From Nemertoderma westbladi (taxonomy: Eukaryota; Animalia; Xenacoelomorpha), in contig JAUCBJ010007659.1 of NCBI GenBank assembly GCA_032718475.1, positions 2,449 through 66,448 of the forward strand: DNA of 64,000 bases, written 5' to 3'. Position 1 is the stretch's first letter. Each line of letters starts with the position of its first letter. The translations under genes were made by a program, and so were the position numbers. Under the pieces are notes generated by a model. It was not told the origin of the DNA. It made no database searches and was given only the letters and a program-made list of their open reading frames with translations. Of this stretch, positions 1-11,500 are shown one piece after another.

Positions 1-510
1 ATTAAATAAAAAAACCATATTCTATAACAGTTTGTTTATGTATTTAATAGGTTGTAAATAATCATACAATTTATTAGATACGTAATAGTATAATTAAATA
101 AGTATTGCATTGGTGCCCAGCTACATATGGGATACACAACATGTTCCAGAATATGGTGCATTTATTAAATAGAATAAATGAGCTGAGGGGGAAGCAAATA
201 CGACTTTCGAATCGCATATCTCAGCTATATTTCCCGGACATTGGCTATTGTAGGAGATGGTGTATAATTGTGATAATAGGTAATACTAATGTCAAATGAA
301 TCAGATCTCACAGAAGATAGTGATAGGTCGATCACACAGGAAATATCATCAAACCGAAAAGTGTGAAAACGATGATGTGCACAAACACCAGTAGTCCTAT
401 CTACCACTTTAATGAATAAGTCTCATCGTAATGGGATCTAGGATGTTTCGTCCTGGGGCAGACTCTTAATGGAGTCTACCGATTCAATATGCCAGTATAA
501 TGTAATAAAA

Positions 511-690
511 GCTTGGTCTAGTGGTGATTTTCCTGGTCTTCCAATTAGGAAGCCATGGTTCGATCCCTAGATGTGGCAGGACTGTTTGGGCACAATGCTT
601 TATAATAATGCTGCACGCAGCCTAGCACAACCCTGGCTTTCATCCTTCCTTCAGTGGTCGATTAATGGGGACCAAGGCAACATGAGAAAC
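511..690 (+). mobile_element. tRNA-derived SINE head and body (Nin-domain-like)
   Basis: Pol III A box TGGTCTAGTGG (514-524) and B box GGTTCGATCC (557-566), then GGCTTTCATCCTTCC...GGTCGATTAATGGGGACCA, which resembles the conserved Nin-SINE core. Confidence 0.55.
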
Positions 691-694
691 ATAA

Positions 695-2036
695 TGGAGT
701 GTTTTACTGTGGAAGATCACCCATGATGGTGAACAGGCATTCCTTTAGGAAACAGTGGAAGGGGTGTACTGTGGAGGATCACCCATGGTGGTGAACAGGC
801 ATTCAATTAGGAAACAGAGTGGAAGGGTTTACTGTGGAAGATCACCCATGATGGTGAACAGGCATTCCGTTAGGAAACAGAGTGGAAGGGGTTTACTGTG
901 GAAGATCACCCATGGTGGTGAACAGGCATTCATTTAGGAAACAGAGTGGAAGGGTTTACTGTGGAAGATCATCCATGGTGGTGAACAGGCATTCATTTAG
1001 GAAACAGAGTGGAAGGGTTTACTGTGGAAGATCACCCATGGTGGTGAACAGGCATTCATTTAGGAAACAGAGTGGAAGGGTTTACTGTGGAAGATCACCC
1101 ATGATGGTGAACAGGCATTCCGTTAGGAAACAGAGTGGAAGGGTTTACTGTGGAAGATCACCCATGATGGTGAACAGGCATTCCGTTAGGAAACAGAGTG
1201 GAAGGGGTTTACTGTGGAAGATCACCCATGGTGGGGAACAGGCATTCATTTAGGAAACAGAGTGGAAGGGTTTACTGTGGAAGATCACCAATAATGGTGG
1301 TGAACAGGCATTCTTTTAGGAAACAGAGTGGAAGGATTTACTGTGGAAGATCAACCATGTTGGTGAACAGGCATTTATTTGGGAAACAGAGTGGAAGGGT
1401 TTACTGTGGAAGATCACTCATGGGGGGTGAACAGGTATTCCTTTAGGAAACAGAGTGGAAGGGTTTACTGTGGAAGATCATCCATGGTGGTGAACAGGAA
1501 TTCCTTTAGGAAACAGAGTGGAAGGGTTTACTGTGGAAGATCACCCATGGTGGTGAACAGGCATTCATTTAGGAAACAGAGTGGAAGGGTTTACTGTGGA
1601 AGATCCTCCATGGTGGTGGACAGACATTCCTTTAGAAACATAGAGGAAGGGTTTACTGTGGAAAATCACCCATGGTGGTGAACAGGAATTCCTTTAGGAA
1701 ACAGAGTGGAAGGGTTTACTGTGGAAGATCACCCATGATGGTGAACAGGCATTCCGTTAGGAAACAGAGTGGAAGGGTTTACTGTGGAAGATCACCCATG
1801 ATGGTGAACAGGCATTCCGTTAGGAAACAGAGTGGAAGGGGTTTACTGTGGAAGATCACCCATGGTGGTGAACAGGCATTCATTTAGGAAACAGAGTGGA
1901 AGGGTTTACTGTGGAAGATCACCAATAATGGTGGTGAACAGGCATTATTTTAGGAAACAGAGTGGAAGGATTTACTGTGGAAGATCAACCATGCTGGTGA
2001 ACAGGCATTTATTTGGGAAACAGAGTGGAAGGGTTT
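695..2036. repeat. 63-bp tandem minisatellite, left part (interrupted by the LTR element)
   Basis: Unit GAAACAGAGTGGAAGGGTTTACTGTGGAAGATCACCCATGGTGGTGAACAGGCATTCCTTTAG repeated about 21 times, with a ~634-bp higher-order duplication. Confidence 0.97.
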
Positions 2037-2087
2037 TGTTACGGTATATGGCGCTGTATCCACATTATTAGCCATTATGCAGTATAA

Positions 2088-2176
2088 TATATTAGTCCGT
2101 TATACTGTACGCAATATTAGTCCGTTATACTGTACGCAATATTAGTCCGTTATACTGTACGCAATATTAGTCCGTT
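2088..2176. repeat. 25-bp tandem repeat in LTR U3 (about 3.5 copies; also at 19080-19168)
   Basis: ATTAGTCCGTTATACTGTACGCAAT at 2091, 2116 and 2141, partial at 2166. Confidence 0.9.
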
Positions 2177-2545
2177 GTGCAGCATAATATTTTAGATAAG
2201 GCATAATAGCGCAGTGATATTTAGATAGGGAAATCGAAACGCCCATATATTTTGAATCCATCCATTTTGTATAGTATGTAGCCCTACCTACGTAATTTTG
2301 TAATAGGATATAGGTAGATAGTTCCAGGGTAGCAAGTTTAGTCGGACCCTGGATTTTGTGCTTGCTGTTATTAGCTTTGATAGGGCTAGATATAGGGACG
2401 CTGTCCTGGCCATTCAGCAGCCAGGGACATGATCCATTACCATATATGGTAATAATTTGAGGTTTGGGGAGCAATAGGGCTACAATCCGGCCTCCTTATT
2501 GGACTAACTGCTTCCAGGTTGGTCTAATGCTAGCGCGGACTGGAG

Positions 2546-2606
2546 AGCCAATAGGAGAGCGATTGAGTCACCCTATTGCATCACCCCATTCGGATCACCT
2601 ATAAAT
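2546..2606 (+). promoter_or_regulatory. Putative LTR promoter (CCAAT and TATA boxes)
   Basis: AGCCAATAG at ~2546-2554 and TATAAA at 2600-2605; AATAAA motifs further into the LTR at 3469, 3590 and 3646. Confidence 0.5.
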
Positions 2607-4288
2607 TGGCGGTTTGCCGGTAGAGCTGCACACCCTTACAACCAACCTTAACCTCAGTACCAATCTCAATCCTCTGTAGGTGTACAGTTAGAAGTATAAT
2701 TTTGCGTATTTCTGCAATTTGCTAAATTTTGATTAATTTCTTGAGATGATTTGCTAGTGCTATTATTCTCGATTGCGTTTCTCAATTAATCCTATCGATT
2801 ACTGCTAATTACAATCGGAACTATGATTTCTACCCCTTTTGTTAATGGTTCTATGTGATTCCTTTCTACGCAATAATCCTAAGGGATTTCTGAGACTGTC
2901 AGAATTTGTGATTTTGCATGCGCCGCTACGGTAGCTATTCAATTAAATGAAGGGCTAAGGTGCCAGTAGGCGGTGGGCGCATCGGGGGGTTGGGCGACTA
3001 AGGGAGAGCGGAGGATTCAAAGGCGGGCAACGCTGGCGGGGGTCAACGTTGTGGTAGGGCAGTTTGGACTGTGAGTTGGAGACCGCTCGCCGGTACAGTA
3101 ATTAGGGGGCTGATGATCCAAGGTTTTGTCTCTATTTAGTATTAGGGGGGCAGGAATTGGGTTAGTTAGGAAGCCTAGATGTACCCGGGAGGGGCCTGCA
3201 TACCTCACAGTAAGTAAGTAAGTGGGTAAGTACGTAAGTAAGTTGCGAATTATATAATTGCAGATTGTATAATTGCAAATCGTGCTATTTGTGATCTGTG
3301 ATTGCTGACGCTGATTGGTGTGTTACTGAAGTGTGCCTATGATTACGAATGCTTAGGTAGGCGCCCCTTTTCTTTGATTGATTTCTATTTCTTAGTTACT
3401 ACAAATAATTACTGATTAGGTCAAAGTAATACGGCAATTTAGGCTATTACTAGCGAAACCTGTTGTGTAATAAATTAGAATTACGCATTCTGGAACTCTT
3501 AGTAATTAGTGCGCTGTTACATATTTGTGACTGTAATTGATTAGTAAAATTAAGAATTAGTACGCAGCATAGCGGAGAGTAGCTAAGGTAATAAATTAGA
3601 GTACCGTAAACTATTCACGCTAGGCGGTTATTTGCATTAGCGGGCAATAAACTAGATCGCAATAGTCAGTACGCAAGACACTAGTGAATTGCTGGCCTAA
3701 AGCCAGCTGCAGGCAAGTTTAGACCCGGAGTGGTATCACCCACGAAAGACATTGTACTGTACCAATTTTGATTATTTTAAATATTCTCGCATTCACACAT
3801 TCCGTTAGGGAACGCCCAGTATTCGCGGTTAGAAAAGACGTAAGCATTAGTGTACTTCAATAAGTGGTAAAATTAGGCGTAAGAATACTCTGAGTGCAAA
3901 GCCCCTCGCACTCGTCTTAAGTAAGCTTAGGGAGCCGACTCGGGTTTATTGTTTTGGTTATTCCCGTGTGGCTCATAGATTCGAACAGTTAGCTCTCTAT
4001 CGAGTGATCGGTAGAGAAAGGAACAAGCGATTTTGCAGGAGTTGTGTAAAATTAGTAAAATATATTAGCGGACGGCAGATTAGCGCCATCCAACGGTAAG
4101 TAGCGGTTTTGTATTTAGCAGCCTTTACAATTTAGTAATGGCACGCTCCTGATCCCCTTTACTTAACAGTAGAGCAGTCTTTGTGTCTTATTGGTTAGGC
4201 GAGAGCTCATTAGGTTGGCAGAGAGGTATACGGGTATTTGTCTGTTCAACAGTTCTGCTGTTAGTATAGGTGTCGCGGTTGTTTATCA

Positions 4289-4300
4289 GTGAGGTATGCA
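4289..4300 (+). promoter_or_regulatory. Non-canonical primer-binding site, complementary to LTR 3197-3208
   Basis: GTGAGGTATGCA directly follows the LTR end with no TGG; its reverse complement TGCATACCTCAC lies at 3197-3208 and 20189-20200. Confidence 0.65.
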
Positions 4301-5575
4301 TTGGTTACTGTACTAAGTACTGTACTGCGTACGGTGACGAGTGTATTCTGCATTAGATTACTGTATTATTTACTGATACTTCGTATCAGTGAGGTATGTT
4401 GCTTGTTTTTTTTATTGGCTGTTGCTTGCAGCAGTCAATAGTGTATTCTTAGGCTGATTAGTAGTATCACAGTATTAAGTAATAAATTGGAGCACGTGAT
4501 CGTCTGCTATAGGCTAGCGTACGGTAGAACATTGAGTGTATTCATTTAGGCTGTTAGTTTAGATTACTGTATTCACTGGTCGCGTACAATAGTACAGTAG
4601 TACATTAGGCTGATTGCTGTTACTGCGTACGGTAGAAGGACATTTGTTTGCCGTACCACATACAGTATTTTTTAGGCTGTTAGGTTGGTGTACTGTTTTA
4701 CTTACTGTACTGCGTACAGTGGATGTACGGTAGTGCGTTTTTGCTAATTGCGAATACAGCAGTTCCTTAGGCTTTAGGGCAAATTGTAATTAGTAAGTTT
4801 TTTGAAAATTTTAGCTAGGTTTGCGAGAATTCAGTTTCGGTCAAAATTATTTGTAAAATTCTAGAGTTTTGTACCGGTATGTTAGGTAACCGCTTAGTTA
4901 TTTTATACCATCTGGAGATACATGGCAAGACGGAACTTCTGAGTTTGGGGTTCATGTGGGTCTGCGGGTTCGGTTTGCAATCAGCGAAGGGCCTGAATCT
5001 TTGGATGCGGACGTGGAATCTCACAGCAAACAAGGTTAGTTGTTCTGTTGGCACCATTGTGTTTGTGGAAGCAGTAAAAAATTATCGGTTGTTTAACTGC
5101 GAAGCTGAACTCAATTTATTAGTTAGGATATTTAGGTTTAGCCGGCCATGGTTTTTTGAATCGCTCAAGTTAGAGAGAGAGTTAGAGAGAGTCGCAACCC
5201 AAAGATGTAGCCACGCGCTAGTGGATACATATAATATTTGAAATTAAAATTACATTGATTAGAGCTATATATAAAATTAGAAATATTCGGGTGGCAAGTT
5301 TATTTTGAATATTTTGTATTAGATTCAAAGTTATTTTGTGCTATACCGGTATTTAATTGCTATAATAGCTATATAATAATATTTTGTTTAAATATTGTGC
5401 TAGTATTTGCTATAACTATACCCCATTAAATTCCCAATATTGCATTGCGAATTTATTTGACATTTGGACCAACTGATTATTTGACAAATAATTTGACCGT
5501 ATTTCGGTTAAATTATAATTATATCTCGAACTTTTGCGAGATATTTTTGCCGGAAGGCAAAACATTATTTAGACT

Positions 5576-8500
5576 ATGAGTGTCTCAGACAAAGAAGCAC
5601 TAGAGGACAGCTATGAGACGGCGGCTGGACCGCCGACTGACGATAGCGTAAATATTACTGTTGACGACAATGCCGACTATGACGACGCAGCGAGCGACGC
5701 TGACGTAAGTGAACAGGAGGACGAGACAGTGACTAGTGAGGAAGAACAACAACCTCAAGTAATAGTATTAGGATCCCCTACCGCTACTGTAGGGAAGGAT
5801 TGTACAGCAACCCAACCAGAGGTGAGTGATAGGGAGGGTAGTGTAGCAGAAGCGAGAGCCCGGAGCCCGGTTTCCAGACCTGTGGGTATGGTAAGTGCCG
5901 TGGTCCCGACGGCTGTAAGGAGTACCCGTAGTTCCCGAAATAATCCTTCAAGTCCACCGAGTGTGAGTCAGGTAAGCGAGAGAGAACTAGACATCGCGAT
6001 AAAGAAGAAACTTCGCGCGCATGCCGGACATATAACTCGGACGGCGGACAAGGTAAGGAAGATGTTAGCTGACTCAGCGAACATCGGGAGGGTAGAGTTA
6101 GTAGAGATTAGAAGAGGATATAACTCAGCGTTATTCAAGCAGACGGAGGAGCTTGCAGTCCTAGCGAAGAAGGCAGTAGAGTCTCAGTCGAGCGACGTGG
6201 CGACGAGGATTTACGACAGGGTTTTAGCAGCCTTGTTGGAGCACCACGAGTTATCGGAGCGATTCCGACGAGGTAGGACGGAGAACTGGCTGCTATGGGC
6301 ATCACAAGCGCAGGCGACTCAAGTGAGTGACGCAGCGTTGAGAGACTTAGTGGAGCGAGAAGAGATCCAAGACAAAGAAGAGCGCCGTTATCAGAGGGAA
6401 GTTACTAGCTGGCTGATGCAGAATGGAGTGGTGGTACCGGGTCAGGTGCTACCGACGACGGAGAACATTCAACAGAGGACGTTAACTCCACCCGACGATG
6501 CATCCAGAGACAGCGGCGATTCCCAGGTTAGTCACGCGCGAGGTAAGGTTATATGTGCTAGATCCCTTGTTTCGCACAACTCGGCGGAGGAGAGAAGACG
6601 CCGACTGGACGAACAACAGGCGGAAGTTTTGCGTGCATCGGAAGCACGGAAGGAAGCCGAGCGGGAACGGGAGCGCACACGTAAGTTGGACGCGGAATTG
6701 CGAGAGTTGGAAGAGATAAGTAAGCGCGAGCGAGCGGAACGCGAGCAAAGGGAACGCGAACTCCAAGCCGAGCGCGTGCGCGAGGAACTCGAACGCGAAC
6801 AGAGAGAACGCGAACTCCAACTTGAATGCGAACGGGAAGCGAAGAAATGCGAACTCCAACTCGAACGCGAACAGGAAGCGAAGAAACGCGAACTCCAAGC
6901 CGAACGCGAACGCAAGAAACTCGATCGTGAACAGAAGGAGCGCAAGCTTCAACTCGAACGCGGACGCAAGGAACGCGAACTCGAGATCGAAAAAAGAAGA
7001 CGCGCATTGTATGAAGAAAAGGAGCGTGTGGAAGAAGAGAGCGCAGCGAGACGAGCGAGGGAAGAAGAAGAACGTAAACTGGCGCAGTTGGAAAGTGCGA
7101 GATTAAGTTTAGAGAGCGAAGAACGGACTAGGAAGGCGAACGAAATCGCCGAGAAGGGGATGCGAATGATCGAAGAATGTGGGGCGAGTATAGGGACAGA
7201 GTTGCGAGAACTGTTCGCACTGCAGAAGGCCGAACAGGAAGCGAGAACTCCGACTATACGCGAGTCGACAACAACCAGAATTCCTATACCCGGTCCAGCT
7301 ATTACGAGTACACGGATCGCTAAACCGTTCTCTACATATCGCACGCCAGTTGGTATTAGTGCTTCACCCATCGCCCAGGATCCACGTCATCGGAACACCG
7401 CTCCTAAACTCGATCGTGAACAGAAGGAGCGCGAGCTTCAACTCGAACGCGCACCACTATACACCGCACCACTATACACCGAACGAGAGAACGAAGAATT
7501 TAGAGGAGAAATTCCAACGGGACGAGTATTGGGCGAACCGAACCCGCGGGTTTGGAATACGCGGACGGAGCGCCAACCCAGTTCGACGGAGAACTTCCGG
7601 GTTAAACCGGAAGAGGGATCATATGAGAGACATCGGATTACTCAGATAGAGCCGACTATACAACAGAACCCTAGCCAGGAATTTATTACGAGGGATGAGT
7701 TAAGTGCTAGTTTAGCGCAAGCTATATCGCCACACATCCAACCTATAACGGACATGCTTAGCAACCTACGGTTAAAGGAAGCAGCCCAGGTAAGAAGTAA
7801 TTCAAATCCTAGCAGGCCTGAGTCAGATAAAGTCCAGCCTAGTCAACGAGTACGCATATCGGAGGAGACTATACCACGTAGACCTCAGGTAAGGACGCCT
7901 GTCCCGAATATTCATAATCCCAATTTCGAAAACTCAGCCGAGAAATTTATTGAGGAAGCTTGGGTCAGGGCCTCGGCACGCAAACCATTGCGAGCACTAA
8001 GGACTGACACCGAGTCAAGCGATGAAGAGGAAGACATGAGACGTCAGAAGTCCCGAAACTATAAGGAAAGAAGGACGGACGCGGAGCAGGTAAGTTTGAA
8101 CCACCGGGAAAGGAACAGACTTAACAACCCTGCGGAACTAAACCATTTGTTAACCCGGAACAACGCAACCCTTAGGGACATAGGTAAGTTTGCTGCTAGG
8201 CAAGGACTGCCGACGCAACAACCCCAGAAGTTTATGGGCAACCATAAACACTGGAGGACCTTCAAAACCTATGTCGACGAGCAGCTAACCAACAGCACCT
8301 TTACTCCCAACGAGAAGTTCAACTATTTGCTTCAGATGCTCCATCGAGAACCTAGAGCCATTGCTGATAACTTCGTCGGCAACGAAAGAGCATTCGAGTT
8401 AGCGATGAAGACGCTTAGCAACATCTACGGGAATAAAACGAAGATGGCGCAGTCGATAGTAGAAGACTTGGGTAAGGGCGGAAGGATTACAACTCCGTTA

Positions 8501-11500
8501 GAGCTGTTGAACTTAGCGAACGCTATTTCGAACGCATTGGACATCTTGAGGACGGTGAATCTACCTCATCATGGTGATCACGCCGAAGTTTTAAAGAGTG
8601 TAATAAGACGTTTAAACATGCGTTATCGACAGAAATGGCGCAAATTAGAGAATAAGTTGGAGGGTCAAGGTAAAGTATTGACACTTCAACACATTCATGA
8701 CATGATAGCCACAGACGCAGTAGCAGAGATGAAATCAAACTTCTCAGAAGAGAATATGAGAGAGTCTAAACCTGTTACCGGTAAGTCTATGGTAAGTTTT
8801 GACGATGACAGGACCACTGTGACATTTAACTCAGTAGACAGATATAATTCGAATACCCCAGCCTTTAGATCAGACTCGCGAGTATGGTCAGGTGAGCGGT
8901 TAGATAGACCTAGGTTAAAGCAACAGGAGTTGCCGGATGGATTTGTAGGTTGCCAATACTGTTTACTAAAGGAGGTAAGATCTGATGACCATAAGTTAGA
9001 TAGTTGCAGACGGTTCAAAGAATTAAATTCGGAACAGAGAAGAGTTCAAGTGCGGACGTTGGACACCTGTTGGGCATGTCTTGCGCCAGGCCATGTACGG
9101 CGGCAGTGCCCGAACAGCAAGGACGGATGCATGGAATGCGGCAGACTACATCACAAGTTGCTACATGCGGATTTCCATACCCCAACGGACCGTTACTTAC
9201 AGCGAAATCCTCAAAGGAAGGGGAGCAAAGAACCCATATCGATAAGGAGGAATACGTATACCGGCATTCAGGACGATGGTTACCAACCAGGTTCGTCGGA
9301 CGAGGATGGCGAGTCGAGCGCGAGAGAAGTGACCTGCCAAGGTTTCACTGCGGATAGTTTATCGACCAGCGCGCGGACGTATTTATCATCGGCCACGTCG
9401 GAAATATTTAGCGTGATTCCGGTGAAACTCACTGGCGATAAGGGATCGAAGCGAATATATGTGATGTTGGACACTGCGTCCACATTATCTTATATCGACG
9501 AGGAAGTGGCGAGAGCTGTTTCTAGCTTCCAGGACGCCGAGGAGATCCAAATAGAGTTGAAGTCTATGCATGGGGTAGGAGACCTCAAGGGACACAGAAT
9601 TTCGGTAGAACGAGACTCCCTACTTCCGAGAGACCAACATACTCGACAAGAACGAAAAGCTTTGCCATTGGACGGATTTAAGTGTCTAGCTATGAAGGGA
9701 TTCGGCAGGCAGTTAGGTAAGGTGCCACCGATGAGTCCCATAGCACAGGAGTATTTTGACAAGCTCAGGATACCCAGACACCAGGTAGGTTATAGGAATG
9801 TTTCTATGTTGATTGGTGCAGAACAGCTGATCGCACACCAGATATGGGAAACGAGACCAGCTGAGCCGCATGTCAATGGACCACATGCCCATAGGACCAT
9901 ACTAGGTTGGTATACACGAGTACCCATGTCTTATGAGTTTACAGGTGGCGACAAGCCGATGGACAGATACGACGAATTACAGCCTATAACTCAACCACCG
10001 TTAGTAAAACCACCAGACATAGACGAGTTTAGGAGAACCTGTATTGACCACTATAGTGACTTTAGCGAGTCAGACGAGGAGTTGATTCCCGATAATGTTA
10101 GGTTGTCGGAACCACTTCATAACGACCGGACAGATAGTGAACCCGAGGACTACTGTCATCAGACCCGTGGGTCTGGTTCAGCGGCCCACGCTACCTATTT
10201 GACTAACGTTTCGACTTATACAGACATAGTGGAGGGTCAAGTGGCTAAATATCGAGACCTAGACATTTTCCAATACAGTGAGGAGGAATTACAGAAGGAA
10301 TTGATACGCCAGGACCTCGAGACAGGAGCCAGAACCGTCGAATGGCTGGATAGGGACGCAATGGAACCCGGTGGATATGACCTAGCCATGTCCACTGACG
10401 AGAAACGGTCGCTGGAGATGATGGAAGATACCATACGTCTGCTACCGACAGGACATTTTGAAGTTGGAATGTTGTGGCGTCGACAACCACCTAAGTTGGA
10501 GAACAACTACAACTTAGCCTTGAAAAGATTAAACGGAGTAAGGGCTCGGTTGTTGAATAATCCGGACATTAGGGAGAAGTATTGCGCCCAGATCAACAAC
10601 TATTTTGCCAAGGGATTTGCTGGGAAGGTAGAGGACCCTGACTTAGTGACAGACCAGACTTATTACCTTCCACACCACTATGTGACTCACCCTGACAAGC
10701 CAGACAAAGTCCGAGTAGTCAACGACTGCGCAGCAGTCTATAGAGGTATGTCCCTGAATTCAGAGTTGATGGATGGTCCCAACCTGAACAACTATTTGAT
10801 TGGAATATTGTTGCGTTTTAGACAGCAGCGATTCGCATTTACTTGTGACATCGAGGCGATGTTCCACCAGGTAAGAGCCTGTAAGGCAGACCATGATAGC
10901 CTTCGCTTTCTCTGGTATGAGAATGAAGACTTATCCGGCCCAGTGGTTACATACCAGATGTACGTTAGGATATTTGGCGCCCGCGATAGTCCAAATGGCA
11001 CGCTGTTTGTTCTAAAGAAAACGGCAACAGCCCAGATTGGTAAGTACCCAGTAGAGGTTATCGAGTCCATCTTGAGAAACTTCTACATGGACGACGGATT
11101 GGTGTCCAAGGACACGGCGGAACAAGCCATAGAAGGGGCTCACGGCCTGCAAGAGTGCTTGGCTACAGGGGGTTTTCCTCTGACCAAGTTCACTACAAAC
11201 TCGGAGGCCCTATTAGAGTCGTTCCCAGTGAAAGATCGCGGGAGCGGAGACATAGAATTGGGGGTAGAACCAATCCCCATGGCGCGAGTACTGGGACTCG
11301 CTTGGAACCCGAACTCAGACAAGTTCCAGGTAAGAGTTAGATTTGAGCCCAGTAGCCCAGACAAAGTTTTGACAAAGAGGATTTGCTTATCGACATTAAG
11401 TAGACTATTTGACCCGATGAACTTTATCAGTCCGGTTATATTACAGGCACGAGCGTGCATGAGGAAAATTTGGTTGTCCGACATAGAGTGGGACGAACCA

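Larger units (their letters stand above)
2037..4288 (+). repeat. 5' LTR (2252 bp)
   Basis: Starts TGTTACGG and ends TTTATCA; colinear with 19029-21280, with about 8 substitutions seen by eye. Confidence 0.97.

Noticed and set aside
3105-3135. Hammerhead ribozyme core (CTGATGA) in the LTR as the primer-generating nuclease
   Set aside because: No stem II followed by GAAA in the required arrangement.
2142-5241. Short ORFs in the LTR and leader
   Set aside because: Mostly non-ATG starts, no domains, and lengths expected by chance.
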